NCBI GenBank assembly: GCA_964016885.1 | Contig: OZ024752.1 | Coordinates: 27,838,001-27,902,000 of the forward strand | Reading direction: 5' to 3' | Length of the DNA stretch: 64,000 bases | Source of the DNA: Eledone cirrhosa | Lineage: Eukaryota | Part shown: piece after piece, positions 24,117 to 36,385 of the stretch | Layout of the letters: the number at the start of each line of letters is the position of its first letter | Position numbering within the stretch: the stretch's first letter is position 1 | The notes under the pieces: generated by a model | Told to the model about the DNA's origin: nothing | Databases searched by the model: none | Seen by the model: the letters and a program-made list of their open reading frames with translations, nothing else | Program-made: the position numbers and the translations under genes

Positions 24117-25742
24117 GACGTGGATTTTGCTGTGGAGAAATGCGTCGAAATGATCAGCGAGAGCAAGGTTGAGTTCCGTGGGATTGATACCAGTGAGCTG
24201 GGACTTCTACTTAAGCTTACCCATAGTAATAGTTACCTAGACACTTATGACCTTAGCAACCTGTGCCCTACAAGACCAGCAAGAGGCAGACCACCTACCA
24301 TTACCTCAATGGCCAAGAAAACCCACACAGATAGATGGAACGGGTGGACCAGAGCCATACGGACACCCGAAAACCACGATGAACTGAAGAAAATGATTGT
24401 ACATGCGGTAGGGGCCAGCATAAAATTAACCCTTAAGGAACATATGTTCAAATTTAATGGTAAAACATATGCCCAAGAGGAAGGAGCAGCCATTGGTGTT
24501 AGCATTGCAGGCGACATAGCTAACTTATTCATGGTATGGTGGGACAGTAGACTTAAACAAAAACTTAATGAACAATTAGAAGACAGCTTAACCCTGATAA
24601 TGTACTCCCGCTACGTAGATGATATAAACATCGTAGTTAAGACACCCCCACTAAAGAACAGTCAGGAACCAGAGAAAAACACAATGGAAAGCATCCAGCA
24701 AATAGCAAACTCCATCCACCAGAGCATTAGAGTTACTATAGACTACCCAAGTAGACACCCCAACCATCGATTACCTGTACTAGACACAGAGCTCTGGTTA
24801 GATACTATTAACAACCAAAAACAAATCCTCCATTCCCATTATGCCAAACCCATGACTTCCAAACATCTGATCCACCGAAACTCGGCCATTTCGGACCATA
24901 CCAAAATCAACATACTGATTGCGGATTTGGTACGGGTGATGAGAAATGTGTCCCGCATGTGCAACCCCGAAGAACTAGAGAGACACATACAACACTTCAT
25001 CCACCGTATGCAGTTCTCTGGCTACAATCAGAGAGATAGAATCAGAGTGTATAAAGGAGCCAGAACCAAATGGGAAAAAATGGTAAATAATGACATAAAT
25101 GGGACCTGCCCCTTGTATAGGAGCAAATTTTGGAATAGAATAGAAAGAACTAAGAACAAGGCCAATAGAATAAACTCATGGTATGATAGCAATAAATACC
25201 AGAGTGTAATGTTCATCAATACAACCCCTAGAGGCGAACTAGCCTACAAATTTAGAAGGGCCCTAAAGAAACATAATCTCAATATTAAGATAGTAGAAAG
25301 ACCTGGTACCTCCGTAAAAACACTTATTAGCAAGACATACCCGTTCCAAAGACCCTCATGTATAGATAAGAAATGTATAACCTGTAAAATAAGCCCCCAT
25401 ATTAACTGTAAAACTAGAAATGTAGTATATAGCATAAGATGTACTGAAGGACAATGTAGAAACAAAAATATAGTGTACATAGGTGAGACAGCTCGTAGTA
25501 TAGGGGAACGAATAAATGAACACTGGCGAGACATCCAAGATAGTAAAGAATCATCTGTGCTCTACCAACATGCTAAGATAGAACACAGGGGTAAATTAGA
25601 GAGCATAGAAATAAAAATAGAATCCACACACAAGAAAGACGCAATGTTTAGGCAAATTACAGAGGCAGTAAGCATAAAAGAATTAAAACCAAAATTAAAT
25701 AGAAAATATGAGTGGAACAGCAACATCACAACTTACAATTAA
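24117..25742 (+). CDS. Penelope-like RT + GIY-YIG endonuclease ORF (5'-truncated, open frame; Nematis-like by inference)
   Basis: FKFNGKTYAQEEGAAIGVSIAGDIANLFM, RYVDD, LPVLD, CIDKKCITC, VVYSIRC..YIGETARSIGERINEH, RQITEA..PKLN. Confidence 0.9.
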   Translation, partial: DVDFAVEKCVEMISESKVEFRGIDTSELGLLLKLTHSNSYLDTYDLSNLCPTRPARGRPPTITSMAKKTHTDRWNGWTRAIRTPENHDELKKMIVHAVGASIKLTLKEHMFKFNGKTYAQEEGAAIGVSIAGDIANLFMVWWDSRLKQKLNEQLEDSLTLIMYSRYVDDINIVVKTPPLKNSQEPEKNTMESIQQIANSIHQSIRVTIDYPSRHPNHRLPVLDTELWLDTINNQKQILHSHYAKPMTSKHLIHRNSAISDHTKINILIADLVRVMRNVSRMCNPEELERHIQHFIHRMQFSGYNQRDRIRVYKGARTKWEKMVNNDINGTCPLYRSKFWNRIERTKNKANRINSWYDSNKYQSVMFINTTPRGELAYKFRRALKKHNLNIKIVERPGTSVKTLISKTYPFQRPSCIDKKCITCKISPHINCKTRNVVYSIRCTEGQCRNKNIVYIGETARSIGERINEHWRDIQDSKESSVLYQHAKIEHRGKLESIEIKIESTHKKDAMFRQITEAVSIKELKPKLNRKYEWNSNITTYN

Positions 25743-26038
25743 GGACAAAATGAAAACACACACACACATAGAACAAACAACTTACAATTGAAAACACACA
25801 CAAAATGAAAACACACACAAGACAAAATGAAAACACACACACACATAGAACAAACAACCAACCAACAATAAATAAATAAATAAACAAACAAATATAAATA
25901 GAAAAATAGAAAAATGAACACAAACACACACAAACACCCGGATGTGGCGTATGCGCAAACTGAGCAGGCAACCCACACACAAACAAAATGGCGTAGGATA
26001 GAAGAAAGGAAAGGCACAGAAACGAAGAAAGAAATCCC

Positions 26039-26085
26039 TAGTCACTGAAGAGGTCACAGAGTGTGTGACGAAAGAACTATGACTA
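26039..26085 (+). ncRNA. Minimal type I hammerhead ribozyme
   Basis: tagtca-CTGAAGA-g-gtcaca gagtg tgtgac-GAAA-gaac-TA-tgacta: perfect 6-bp stem I, 6-bp stem II, minimal stem III, CUA cleavage triplet. Confidence 0.85.
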
Positions 26086-26235
26086 TATATATAGAAACAA
26101 CTATCTGGTTGTGGAACCAACCAACCAACCAGAAATTTATAAATTTGTAAATTTATAAATATATAATAAATTAAATTGAAGTGAAAGCAACTGGTGCGTG
26201 TGTTTCTTATTGGCAACATGACCCTCCCAAAGTAT

Positions 26236-26310
<75 letters not shown>

Positions 26311-26317
<7 letters not shown>

Positions 26318-27305
26318 ACTAGAAATTGATTGACATATAAATATATCTAAAATAAACATATGAAACAATCACAAGGGATAATTTGTAAAAGTGTAAGCAC
26401 ACATACCTATGTAGGTAACTAAATAAAGTTTAATTAGAACTTCAAAAATTGATACCTTATTAATTGATTAATCTTCCTTGTATATATTCCATTAAAGTAA
26501 TATATTTCACCAATTAATTGATTCGTAAACGTTAGTAGCCAGATCATGGATTTTCAACAAGGAAGAGGACTAACCATCCGTGTTTACGCATCAAATTCAA
26601 ATCAGCGACTGGTCAGTAACACGTGCTGTATTTACTAAAAATACACACATCGTACCAGCTTCGTCCTAGTGACGTGAATAGGGTTATCGACAACTAGAAA
26701 TAGCAGTCAAGTCCTTTCAACTGAGTTAGCTCTACAATTAAGAGGCCGTATTTATATATATCCAAAATTAATTTTAATTAAGGGTGTCATGTCAGATAGA
26801 CATACGCCATATCACCCGTAAGATATGCTCCAAGATTCCAATGAAGAGATCCGAGCATTTTATATCAACTAGTAATTGATTGACATATAAATATATCTAA
26901 AATAAACATAAGAAACAATCACAGGGGATAATTTGTAAAAGTGTGTAAGCACACATAGCTATGTAGGTAACTAAATAAAGTTAAAATAGAACTTCAAAAA
27001 TAGATACCTTATAAATTGATTAATCTTCCTTGTATATATTCCATTAAAGTAATATATTTCACCAATTAATCGATTGATAAACGACAGTAGCCAGATCATG
27101 GATTTTCAACAAGGAAGAGGACTAACCATCTGTGTTTACGCATCAAATTCAAATCAGCGACTGGCCAGTAACACGTGCTGTATTTATTAAAATACACACA
27201 TCGTACGAGCTTTGTCCCAGTGGTGTGAATAGGGTTATCGACAACTAGAAATAGCAGTCAAGTCCTTTCAACTGAGTTAGCTCTACAATTAAGGGGCCGT
27301 ATTTA
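26311..27305 (+). repeat. 550-bp tandem repeat (about 1.8 units)
   Basis: tatatcaactag.aattgattgacatataaat recurs at 26311 and 26861; a further, diverged unit lies at about 23250-23855. Confidence 0.9.
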
Positions 27306-27382
27306 TGTATGTGTGTATTTTTAGATGTTAGATGGTTAAATCTTAACCATCTAACATCTCAGGGCATGTCATGTATCATTTT

Positions 27383-27448
27383 ATTTTATCTGATGAGGAC
27401 GTACTATTGAACCTGATTCAAGTACCTATGAAATATGTATAATAAAAT
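27383..27448 (+). ncRNA. Hammerhead-like motif (possibly degenerate)
   Basis: attttat-CTGATGA-[gtac..ttgaa cctga ttcaa gtac]-GAAA-tatgta-TA-ataaaat; the base of stem II is imperfect. Confidence 0.5.
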
Positions 27449-27665
27449 TTAATTGATCACAAGAACATCTATTTTATTAATATTTGAATTTTAATATTAA
27501 TAACTCTGGAAACATTTTTTCTGTACAGTGCTTCCAATCTACTGTAAAACTCATTCTTTGATGTAATCATTGAATCTTGTTTAACTCTTTTATATATATA
27601 TATATATATATACCGTATTTCCCGACATAAGTAGATAGATAGATAAATAGATAGATAGATAGATA

Positions 27666-30600
27666 TGTTTCTTTATTAGCCACAGGGGCACAAAAGAAGG
27701 GGACAAATACAAAGGGGGAAGTTTACATACAATAAAGACGTGTAAAATGTTATCACAAATGGAATTTTAAAAGTTAGTCGATTTTCCCCAATAGAGGGAG
27801 ACAGTTTATATGTGCAACCCTCATCTCCAGGAGTACGAAGAGTTTGTACTCCTTTCCTCTCCTCCTCCTTTTCCTCAACCTACAGGCTGATATAGAGAGA
27901 AGGCCCATTCACTCGGGCCATTCTCGCCACTTTCACCCACCTTTCATAAAACTTGCTGGGGTACAGCACCTCTCTCTCCATCCTGATTCTTCTTCCAAAG
28001 TGGTATTTGAAAAAAAAAATCAGTTGTTGGCCGGAGAGAAAGGTGTCTGACCTCAGCCCTTTCAACATTGTCCACCATACAACCTCTTTCGACATAGCTA
28101 TCACACAAAGGAAAACCGCCTCTCCTTCGTTTTTGAAGGAGGGTGGCGGTTTGGTCATGACAATGGACTCGGTGGTCAACTGGATTGGTCCCACCCGCGA
28201 CAATAGTCGTTCTACATAGCCCTCCAGGTCAGTGACGCCCGGGCAGTGTATGAATGCGTGCGCGACGGTTTCTTCGTCTCGCACGCACCTCGGACAGATC
28301 TTTTTTGCAGCGTCCCTGCCCGAGCGCCCATGTCTGTAGAGCTTGTCTCGAACTGGTAGAGCTCCTCGGTAGCACTGCCAGGCCAGGGACTTTTGGAAGT
28401 TGTCCATCGGTCCCCGGCGAAAGGTCCTACCGAACAGACTGGCCAGTTCATCTTCCTCTACGCCTAGAGTTTCACCGAGCGCGTCGTCGCACTTGCTGCG
28501 GACCAACCCTCTATAGAATGACGAAGTGGAGTCTCCACTGATCGCCGGGTCCGCCTGCCCGAGGGCTGTGAGCGCCTGAGCACATTTGATGTGCCAGTCG
28601 CCCATTTTCCTCGGTCTTTGCTTGACCCAGGACTGCAGCGCGGTCAGCGAGACGAGTCGTGGGAAGGCTCGCCTCACGAACGGGGCCCACACCGGTTGTT
28701 CGGTGAGGAATACGTAGAGATGCCGCAGCCTGAGCGCGTGTTTGCGCATCGTCAACCACGGCATCCCCAGCCTTCCGTTAAAAGGGTGTTGGCAGCAGAT
28801 GGATCTTCTCACCACAGGAGCCCGCCTCTTCCAAAGGAATCGGAAGAGCGCGCGCTCCATTTTGGCGAGCGTTTTGGCTGGACAAGGCACGACGGTCAAG
28901 CAGTAGTAGATGACGGACGCTATAAAAGTGTTCTCCACCTCCGCTCGACCTTTCAAGGATAGTTTGCACTCGGCCCACTTCTGTGTCAGTGCAAACACCT
29001 TGGCCGTCACATCGTTCCAGTTCTTCTCCACCTGGATGTCCGGACCAAACCAGACCCCGAGCAGCTTTAGCGGTCCTTCCGTCCAGCGTCCGACGACGCC
29101 ATCGGAAGGCATCGATTTGCCTCTCCACGATCCGAGTTGCAAACCGATGGACTTGACCTGGTTCAGCTTCGCTCCTGTGAGACTTTCGTATTCCTTCAGT
29201 AAGGTGCCGACTTCCTCGATTTGCGAGGCGTTCTACACCATTATTGTCACGTCGTCGGCGTAGGCCGACGCCGCTTTCCGCAGTCTCGGTTCCAGAGGGA
29301 TGCCCTGCAATAGCTCCAACTTCCGCAGTAGTGGCTCGAGAGTCAGTACGTATAGAAGGGAGGAGAGAGGGCATCCCTGTCGAATGGATCGCGTAATATG
29401 GAACGGCTTCGAGAGGTAACCGTTCACCTTGACCCTTTAGCAGATGTTGCTGTTGTGCATTGCAGCAATCCAGCCCCTGAACACGGGTCCGAAGCCTGCC
29501 GCCTCGAGTACCGCATCCAGGTAACGATGGTCAACCCTATCGAAAGCCTTAGACTGATCCAAGTTGATCAGGGCCCCACCGAAGCCGGGTTTACACCCTA
29601 CCCTCTCTATGATGTATCGCATGAGGTGGAGGTTGTCGTGTATGGACCTGGTCGGGATTGCGCATGTCTGTGCTTCTCCCACCAGGTTCTCGACGACAAG
29701 CGCCAGCCTCTTTGCCAACACCTTGGCCAAAATCTGTAACTCTGTGTTTAGCAGAGTTATGGGCCGGAAGTTGCCTATGTCACCCCCCTTATTCTCGTCC
29801 TTCCTGATTAGTGTGACCACGCCCCCGGTTACAGAACTGGGAATTCTCCCGTTCTGTTGCCAGTTGCAGTAGACCGCTTCCAGGAGACCGGAGAATAAGT
29901 CCGGCATTGCTACGTAAAATTCGTAAGGTAGACCGTCGAGGCCTGGAGATTTGCGTTTGCCGCATTGGCTCAGCGCGTCCCCTATCTCAGTGGCTGAAAT
30001 CGGCTTTTCGCAGAACTTTGCCTCGCTGTCCGAGAGTCGCGATAGGCCGTCGAGGTTTGGACCGAAATCCATAGCCTCTCCCGGCGCCCCCCCCCCCCCC
30101 CCCCCCGAACGGCTGAGCAAAGTGCCGCTGAAAAGCCGCACACATCTGCTTCGGCTCAAGTATCACGCGTCCGTTTTGGTCCTTCAAAGACCGAATCGTG
30201 GACTTGTTGCCACTTTTTGCCTCCGCCACTCGGGCCCAGCTAACAGCTTTGGCTCCCTCGTTTCCCAGAGCACGTATTTTGCTTCTGACAACGCAGCCCT
30301 CGTGCTTTGCGTCGAAGAACTGGTTCAAGGCCGTTCTCGTTGCTAGCACGCTGGCTACGTTGCCACTTCTAATTGCCTCTTCTACTTTATCTACCAGTTC
30401 CTTCTCGGTTCTATTTCTATCTAACGCTAATTCTTTACTAAAAAGTATCGAGTCTAATCTAACTGCCCTCTTGAGAGAGTACCACCATCTGTTGTTGACA
30501 ATGGCCCCTGTCAAGTGCTGTTTAACTAAAGTGCTAATCCGTCTACTGTAGGCCTTGCTTGTCGGTAACGACAAGTTCAGCTTCCAGTAGCCGTGTCCTT

Positions 30601-33502
30601 GTCTATGGGTTCTATCAAGGTTGGCCATGCAGGTCACAAGTTTGTGATCTGAATAGGCAACCATGAACATTTGTGGACAGCTTAACATGTCCCTATCCTT
30701 ATTTCTAACTAGAACCCTATCTAGGTACGATCTAGATGTTCCGCTACGATTACTCCACGTCCACAGTGGCGCAGTCGGAAAATCTAGTCGATATCTATCG
30801 GCCAGGTCAAATCGGTCGATTAACTGTTTGAGGCTGTTACACCCCCCTTTATCGGGACATGCTCCCACATAGTCCCAACGTGCATCTAGGATTCCATTCC
30901 AGTCCCCCACTAAAAGCAAGGAGCGGGACGTTCCCAGAAAAGTCTCTAGACGTTTGAAGAAGTCTGGCCGCGGTGTCCCGGATGGGGCATATGCGGCCAC
31001 CAGCCTGAAGGCTCCACCTTCACTACCGTCAACGTCTAGAACCGTCTGTGTTACGAGGCCCAGGTGTTTCCGCAGCAAAACGGCAACTCCGCCCCCACCC
31101 CCCGGTTGACAGAGAGAACGTAGATCTCAAATTCATCGAAGATGGGGGCCAGCTGTCGCTCGCCGTGGATCATGGACTCGCAAATGGCTACCACATCCAT
31201 ACTGTGCGACCTGAGGTCGTTTAAGAGTTTGCCCTGTTTCCAGGGCATCCCCAGGCCGCGTACGTTCACACATCCAACTCTTATATTGGCCATGTTGGTG
31301 CTGAAAAGTTAAAAGAGGAAAAGAGATCACTCACCCTTCGCCTCCTGGGGACCAGGCCGCACGATTTCCATGGGGGTGTTGGAGGGGTTGTCTGGATGGG
31401 TGGGGACGCAGATGTTTGGTGGGGTGGGGACGCAGATGTTTGGTGGGGTGGGGTCTGGTGGTATGGGGGTGTCTGGGGTGGGGAGACATTTGAGAAGGAC
31501 GCGGTTGAGTGGTTTCACGCAGGAATTCCCCACATCCTTCTCAAATGTTTCTTTTAGGGACCTATAAGTTTGTATAGGGACCCTAATCAGTTTTAGGTTC
31601 ATTTTTTTGCTATTTTTAATGGAGTGGGCGAAAGTTTTCCCTTCGGTGAAAACCGAAGGGTCGTTCGTGATGGTCTCCGTTAGTGTTTTGTTTTCAGTGC
31701 TTATGTAAGTGTAAGTGTAATTTTCTTGTGTTGTGTTTGTTTTTGTCTGTAGTTCTTGTGTGTGCTTTCGTTTTGTTGTAGGTATTTTGTTTTCAGGAGG
31801 TGGGGGTTTTGTTTGTGATGTTTTTGTTGTTTGTGTTGGTGGTTGTATGTTTGTGGTAGTGTTTGCTGGTTTTTTGCTTTTGTGATGTATTCTCTTTCTT
31901 TTCGAGCGATGGGGTTCTCCCTCGTCTTCACTGGGTGATGGCGAGATAGCCTCATCTGTTGTATCGTCTGTGTGATTGGGGAGGGGTATATCTTGGGGAG
32001 CTGTTGTGTCTGTATGTGATTTTGCAGTGGTTTTAGGTGGAGTGGGGTTGGGTGGGACTGTGTTTGTTGTGGTTATTTTTGTGTGTTGGTGTTGTTGTTG
32101 TTGTGGTGGTGTTGGTGGTTGTGTTGTTTTGATGGGTGTCGGCAGAAGAGCTTTTTTTTGGTTCATTAATTTAGGACAGGAAGCCCTCAGGTGACCCCTG
32201 CTAAAGCAATGGTAATATGAAGGCCGTCTACCCTCAACCGAAAAGTTTATGTAGGTGAGTCCGTCCAGGAGTACACGCTGTGGGATCATAGCTATTCTCT
32301 CTGGGCTCATTTGCACCAGAACTTCAATGCTAGTCCCATTGAATACATCTCTGGGGGACTTGCCTACTGACAGTATTCTGTCTTCATCAAAATTGATGAA
32401 GCCGCACAGTATCCACCATATGTTCACCTTTGGTGTGACACTCGTGATTCTGATCTTTTGTGTCCTTTTTCCCATGTATGTAGGGAAAAAGGTGTACAGG
32501 TTGGATACAATTGGCGACACAGAGTAATTTTGGGCCGTCAATTGATCCTTCATGAGTACCGAAATACTCCCAAAAAGTTTGCTTCATTGAATGAATGCAA
32601 TATCATTCCTTGAATTTTTGAAAACCAGTTCAATTTCTTTCTGTGACAATTGGACTGGTTTTCGGGTAGAATTGGAAACTGTCCTAAAAACTATCGTTTT
32701 GAGAGCAGTTTCCTTGCGAATTTCTACCGGAGAATTGATGCTGAAAGCACCATTTTTTTCGAAAGTGACATATCTCTTAGCGTCCTTTAAAAGTTGTTCA
32801 GCATTTGTTATGTCGAGATATATCAATTCTTCCTTCTTTTGAACTTTCTCTGCAAAGGAGATTTTTGGTTTCTTTGTGGAATCCGTATTGGTGGTGTTGT
32901 CATTATTGTTGTTATTGTTGTTGTTATTCTTGTTGTCACCGATGTTGATAGTATTCGCCTTTTCCTTGGTGTTGTTGTTGTCTTTGATGCTGGTGTCATT
33001 GGTGTTGTCTTTATTTTTTTATTTGTTGTTGTTATCATTGTTGCTTTTATCATCATTATTGGTGTTGCTGTTATTTTTGTTGTCATTGAACTGTTTGGTG
33101 TCATTTGTGTTGTTTGGATATGAATTCGTTTTTACATTTTCATTTTGTCTTTCCATCTCTATAGTATCTTCTAGTATCTAGAAGAAGACGTTGTTGACTG
33201 CGAGCTTTGTAGTCTTACCGCCTCTCCACCACCATTATCGTTGGACGCAGCGTTCATAACGTAATATATTTTACAATATTTTTTCCAAGATTTGATGGAG
33301 AAAAAAATTTTCAAATGAATATTCCGCCCCTGTAGGGGCAAAAATTAGTTGACCCACCACCTGAAGGTTCAGACGGGGGGTCAAGTTACACAATGATATA
33401 AAATTTAACTAAAAACTTTTTTTTACATAAATTAACGGAAACTTCTTACATAAATTAACGGAAACTTCTCCGCGAAGTTACACACGTCTGATAGTGAGAG
33501 AG
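27666..33502 (-). mobile_element. Tx1-like (L1 clade) LINE copy A, near full length, frameshifted
   Basis: ORF1 at about 33156-31327 with a degenerate zinc knuckle (HCFSRGHLRASC); ORF2 at 31293-27880 with APE (NVRGL, GDWN, SYLD, SDH), RT (KSPGLDG, FRPITLLN, LDQSKAFDRV, RQGCPLS, YADD) and a C-terminal CPRC..ETVAH..C; AATAAA near the 3' end. Confidence 0.92.
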
Positions 33503-33540
<38 letters not shown>

Positions 33541-33542
<2 letters not shown>

Positions 33543-36206
33543 TTTCTTTTTATTTGCCACCAGGGCATCAAAAAGTGGGACAAGTACAATGGGGGGAGTT
33601 TACATGAAAAGGCGTCCTCAATAAGGAGGAGGCAATAACAAATTATAACAATAAAATAAAATATAACAAAATAAATGTTATAACAAAATCCTCAATAGGG
33701 AGGAGGCGCCTTGGGGGGGGGGTCGAACCCCCCCCCCCCCGAAAAAAGTGTGCAGTCCTTCTCCTCAGGAGCACAGAGAGGGGGTGCTCCCTTGATATTT
33801 CATCTTCCTCACCTATAGTCTGATGGGCCATTCTCGCCACTTTCACCCATCTTTCATAAAAACGGCTGGGGTGCAGCACCTCTCTCTCCATCCTGATCCT
33901 TCTTCCGAAATGATATCGGAAGAAACGGACCAGTTGTTGGCCAGAGAGAAAGGTGTCTGACCTCAGTCCTTTCAGACGCGTCCACCATACAACCTCTTCC
34001 GCCATGGCTATTATGCACAGAAACACCTCCTCTCCTTCCTTTTTGAAGAGGGGAGGCGGCTTGATCGTTACAATAGACTCGGTGGTTAACCGGATCGGTC
34101 CCACCCTTGACAGCAGTTGTTTGACATAGCCCCACAGATCGGCAATGCCCGAGCAGTGTACCAATGCGTGTACAACGGTTTCCTAGTCGCACACGCATCT
34201 GGGACAGATCTTTTCCGAGGGGTCCCTACCCGGGCACCCATGTCTGTAGAGCCTTTCTCGAACGGGCAGAGCCCTTCTGTAGCACTGCCAGGCCAGGGAC
34301 CTCTGGAAGGTATCCATGGGTCCCGGGCTGAATGTCCTACCGAACAGGTTGGCCAGTTCGTCTTCCTCCATGCCTAGGGCTTCTCCGAGGGCGTCGTCGC
34401 ACCTGCTAACCACCAGCCCTCTATAGAATGACGAGGTGGATTCTCCACTGACAGCCGGGTTGGCCTGCCAGAGAGCCGTGAGCGCCTGGGCACACTCGGT
34501 GTGCCTGGCGCCCAATTTTCACGGTCTTTGCTTGACTCAGGATTACAGCTCGATGAGTGAGACGAGTCTGGGAAAGGCTCGCCTCACAAACGGGGCCCAC
34601 ACCGGTTGACCGGGGAGGAATACCTGGAGGTGCCGTAGCCTTAATGCGTGTTTACGTATCATTAGCCACGGCATCCCCAGCCCTCCTTTTGACTGGTGTT
34701 GACAGCAGATGGATCTCCTCACCATAGGAGCCCGTTTCTTCCAAAGGAATTGGAAGAGTGCGCGCTCCATTTTGGCGAGCGTTTCCCTTGGACAAGGCAC
34801 AACGGTCAGGCGGTAGTAGATGACGGACGCTATATAAGTGTTCGCCACCCCTGCCCGACCTTTCAGGGACAGTTTGCACTTGGTCCACTTCTGGGTCAAT
34901 GCAAACACCTTGTTCGTTACCTCACCCCAGTTCTTCTCCACCTGGAGGTCTGGTCCGAACCAGACCCCGAGCAACTTCACCGGGCCCTCCGTCCAGCGCT
35001 CGACGACGCCATCGGAGGGCATCGATCTGCTCCTCCACGTGCCGAGTTGCACACCGATAGACTTGTCCCGGTTCAGCTTAGCCCCTGTACACCTTTCGTA
35101 CTCCTCCAGTAAGGTGCCGATCGCCCCGATTTCCGAGTCCACTTCCCCAACCGGTTCCCCGCCCCTTCCGAACAATCTGGCAAAGTGCTTTTGAAAAGCC
35201 TCGCACATCTGCTTAGGTTCAAGGATCACCCGTCCATCCTTGTCTCGCAAAGACCGGATAGTGGATCTACTCCCTCTTTTGGCTTCTGTCACGTGGGCCC
35301 ATCTAACAGTTTTGGTCCCCTCGTTTCCCAGAGCACGTATTTTGCATCGGACGATGCAGCCTTCGTGTTTCGCGTCGAAGAACTGGCCCAGGGCCGTTCT
35401 CGACGCTAGCACTCTGACCACTATCTACCAACTCCCTTTCCTTCCTATTTCTATTTGAGGCTAATTCCTTACTAAATTATATAGAGACTACTCTAATCTC
35501 TCTTTTGAGAGATCCCCACAACCTGCTGTTGACGATGGCGCCCGTGAACCGCTCCTTAACTAAAGTGCTAATCCGGTCCCTGTAAGCCTTACTTGCCGGT
35601 AAGGACAAGTTGAGCTTCCAGTACCCGGGTCCCTGTCTATGCGTTCTGTCAAGGTTGACCATGCAGGTCACTAACTTGTGGTCTGAATAGCCAACCATGC
35701 GCATTTTTGGACAACTTAAAAAGTCCTTATCCTTAATTCTAACTAAGAACTTATCTAGGTACGACCTAGATGATCCGCTGCGATTTGCCCAAGTCCAGGT
35801 TGGCGCAGTCGGAAGATCTAGTCGATATCTATCGGCCAGGTCAAATCGACCGATTAACCCTTTGAGGCTATTACACCCCTCTCTATTGGGACATGCCCCT
35901 ACGTAGTCCCAGCGTGCATCTAGGATACCATTCCAGTCCCCCACTAATAGCAAGGAGCGGGACGTCCCTAGAAAAGTCTCCAGACGATGGAAGAAGTCCG
36001 GCCGCATTGACCCGAAAGGGCCGTAGGCGGCTACCAACCTAAACGCTCCGCCTTCACCACTGCCAAGGTCCAGAACCACTAGTCGACCCTCCGGGTCCAA
36101 ATGTACCATCTGTGTTTCGAGACCCAGATGTTTTTGCAGCAGAACGACAACCCACCCCCAACTCCGGGCTGACAGAGAGATGCGTGCATCTCAAAGTCAT
36201 CAAAGG
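33541..36206 (-). mobile_element. Tx1-like LINE copy B, 5'-truncated with internal RT deletion
   Basis: APE fragment 35477-36109; ORF 34543-35421 jumps from before the RT to after YADD; C-terminal part 33643-34515. Confidence 0.9.
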
Positions 36207-36232
36207 TAGATAGATAGATAGATAAATAGATA

Positions 36233-36295
36233 ATTTTCTTTTTATTTGCCACCAGGGCGTCAAAAAGTGGGACAAGTACAATGGGGGGAGTTTAC
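36233..36295 (-). mobile_element. Tx1-like LINE copy C, 63-bp 3'-end stub
   Basis: One mismatch from the 3' end of copy B (33541-33603); (GATA)n on both sides. Confidence 0.85.
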
Positions 36296-36309
36296 AGATA
36301 GATAGATAA

Positions 36310-36384
<75 letters not shown>

Positions 36385-36385
<1 letters not shown>

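Larger units (their letters stand above)
23591..26240 (+). mobile_element. Penelope-like element with 5' inverted fold-back and 3' pLTR
   Basis: Palindrome 23591-24114 fused directly to the truncated ORF; pLTR ends ...cccaaagtataacaa followed by (TA)n. Confidence 0.8.

Noticed and set aside
26311-27305. Possible CRISPR-like or regularly spaced array
   Set aside because: It is a simple 550-bp tandem duplication with no repeat-spacer structure, in a eukaryotic context.
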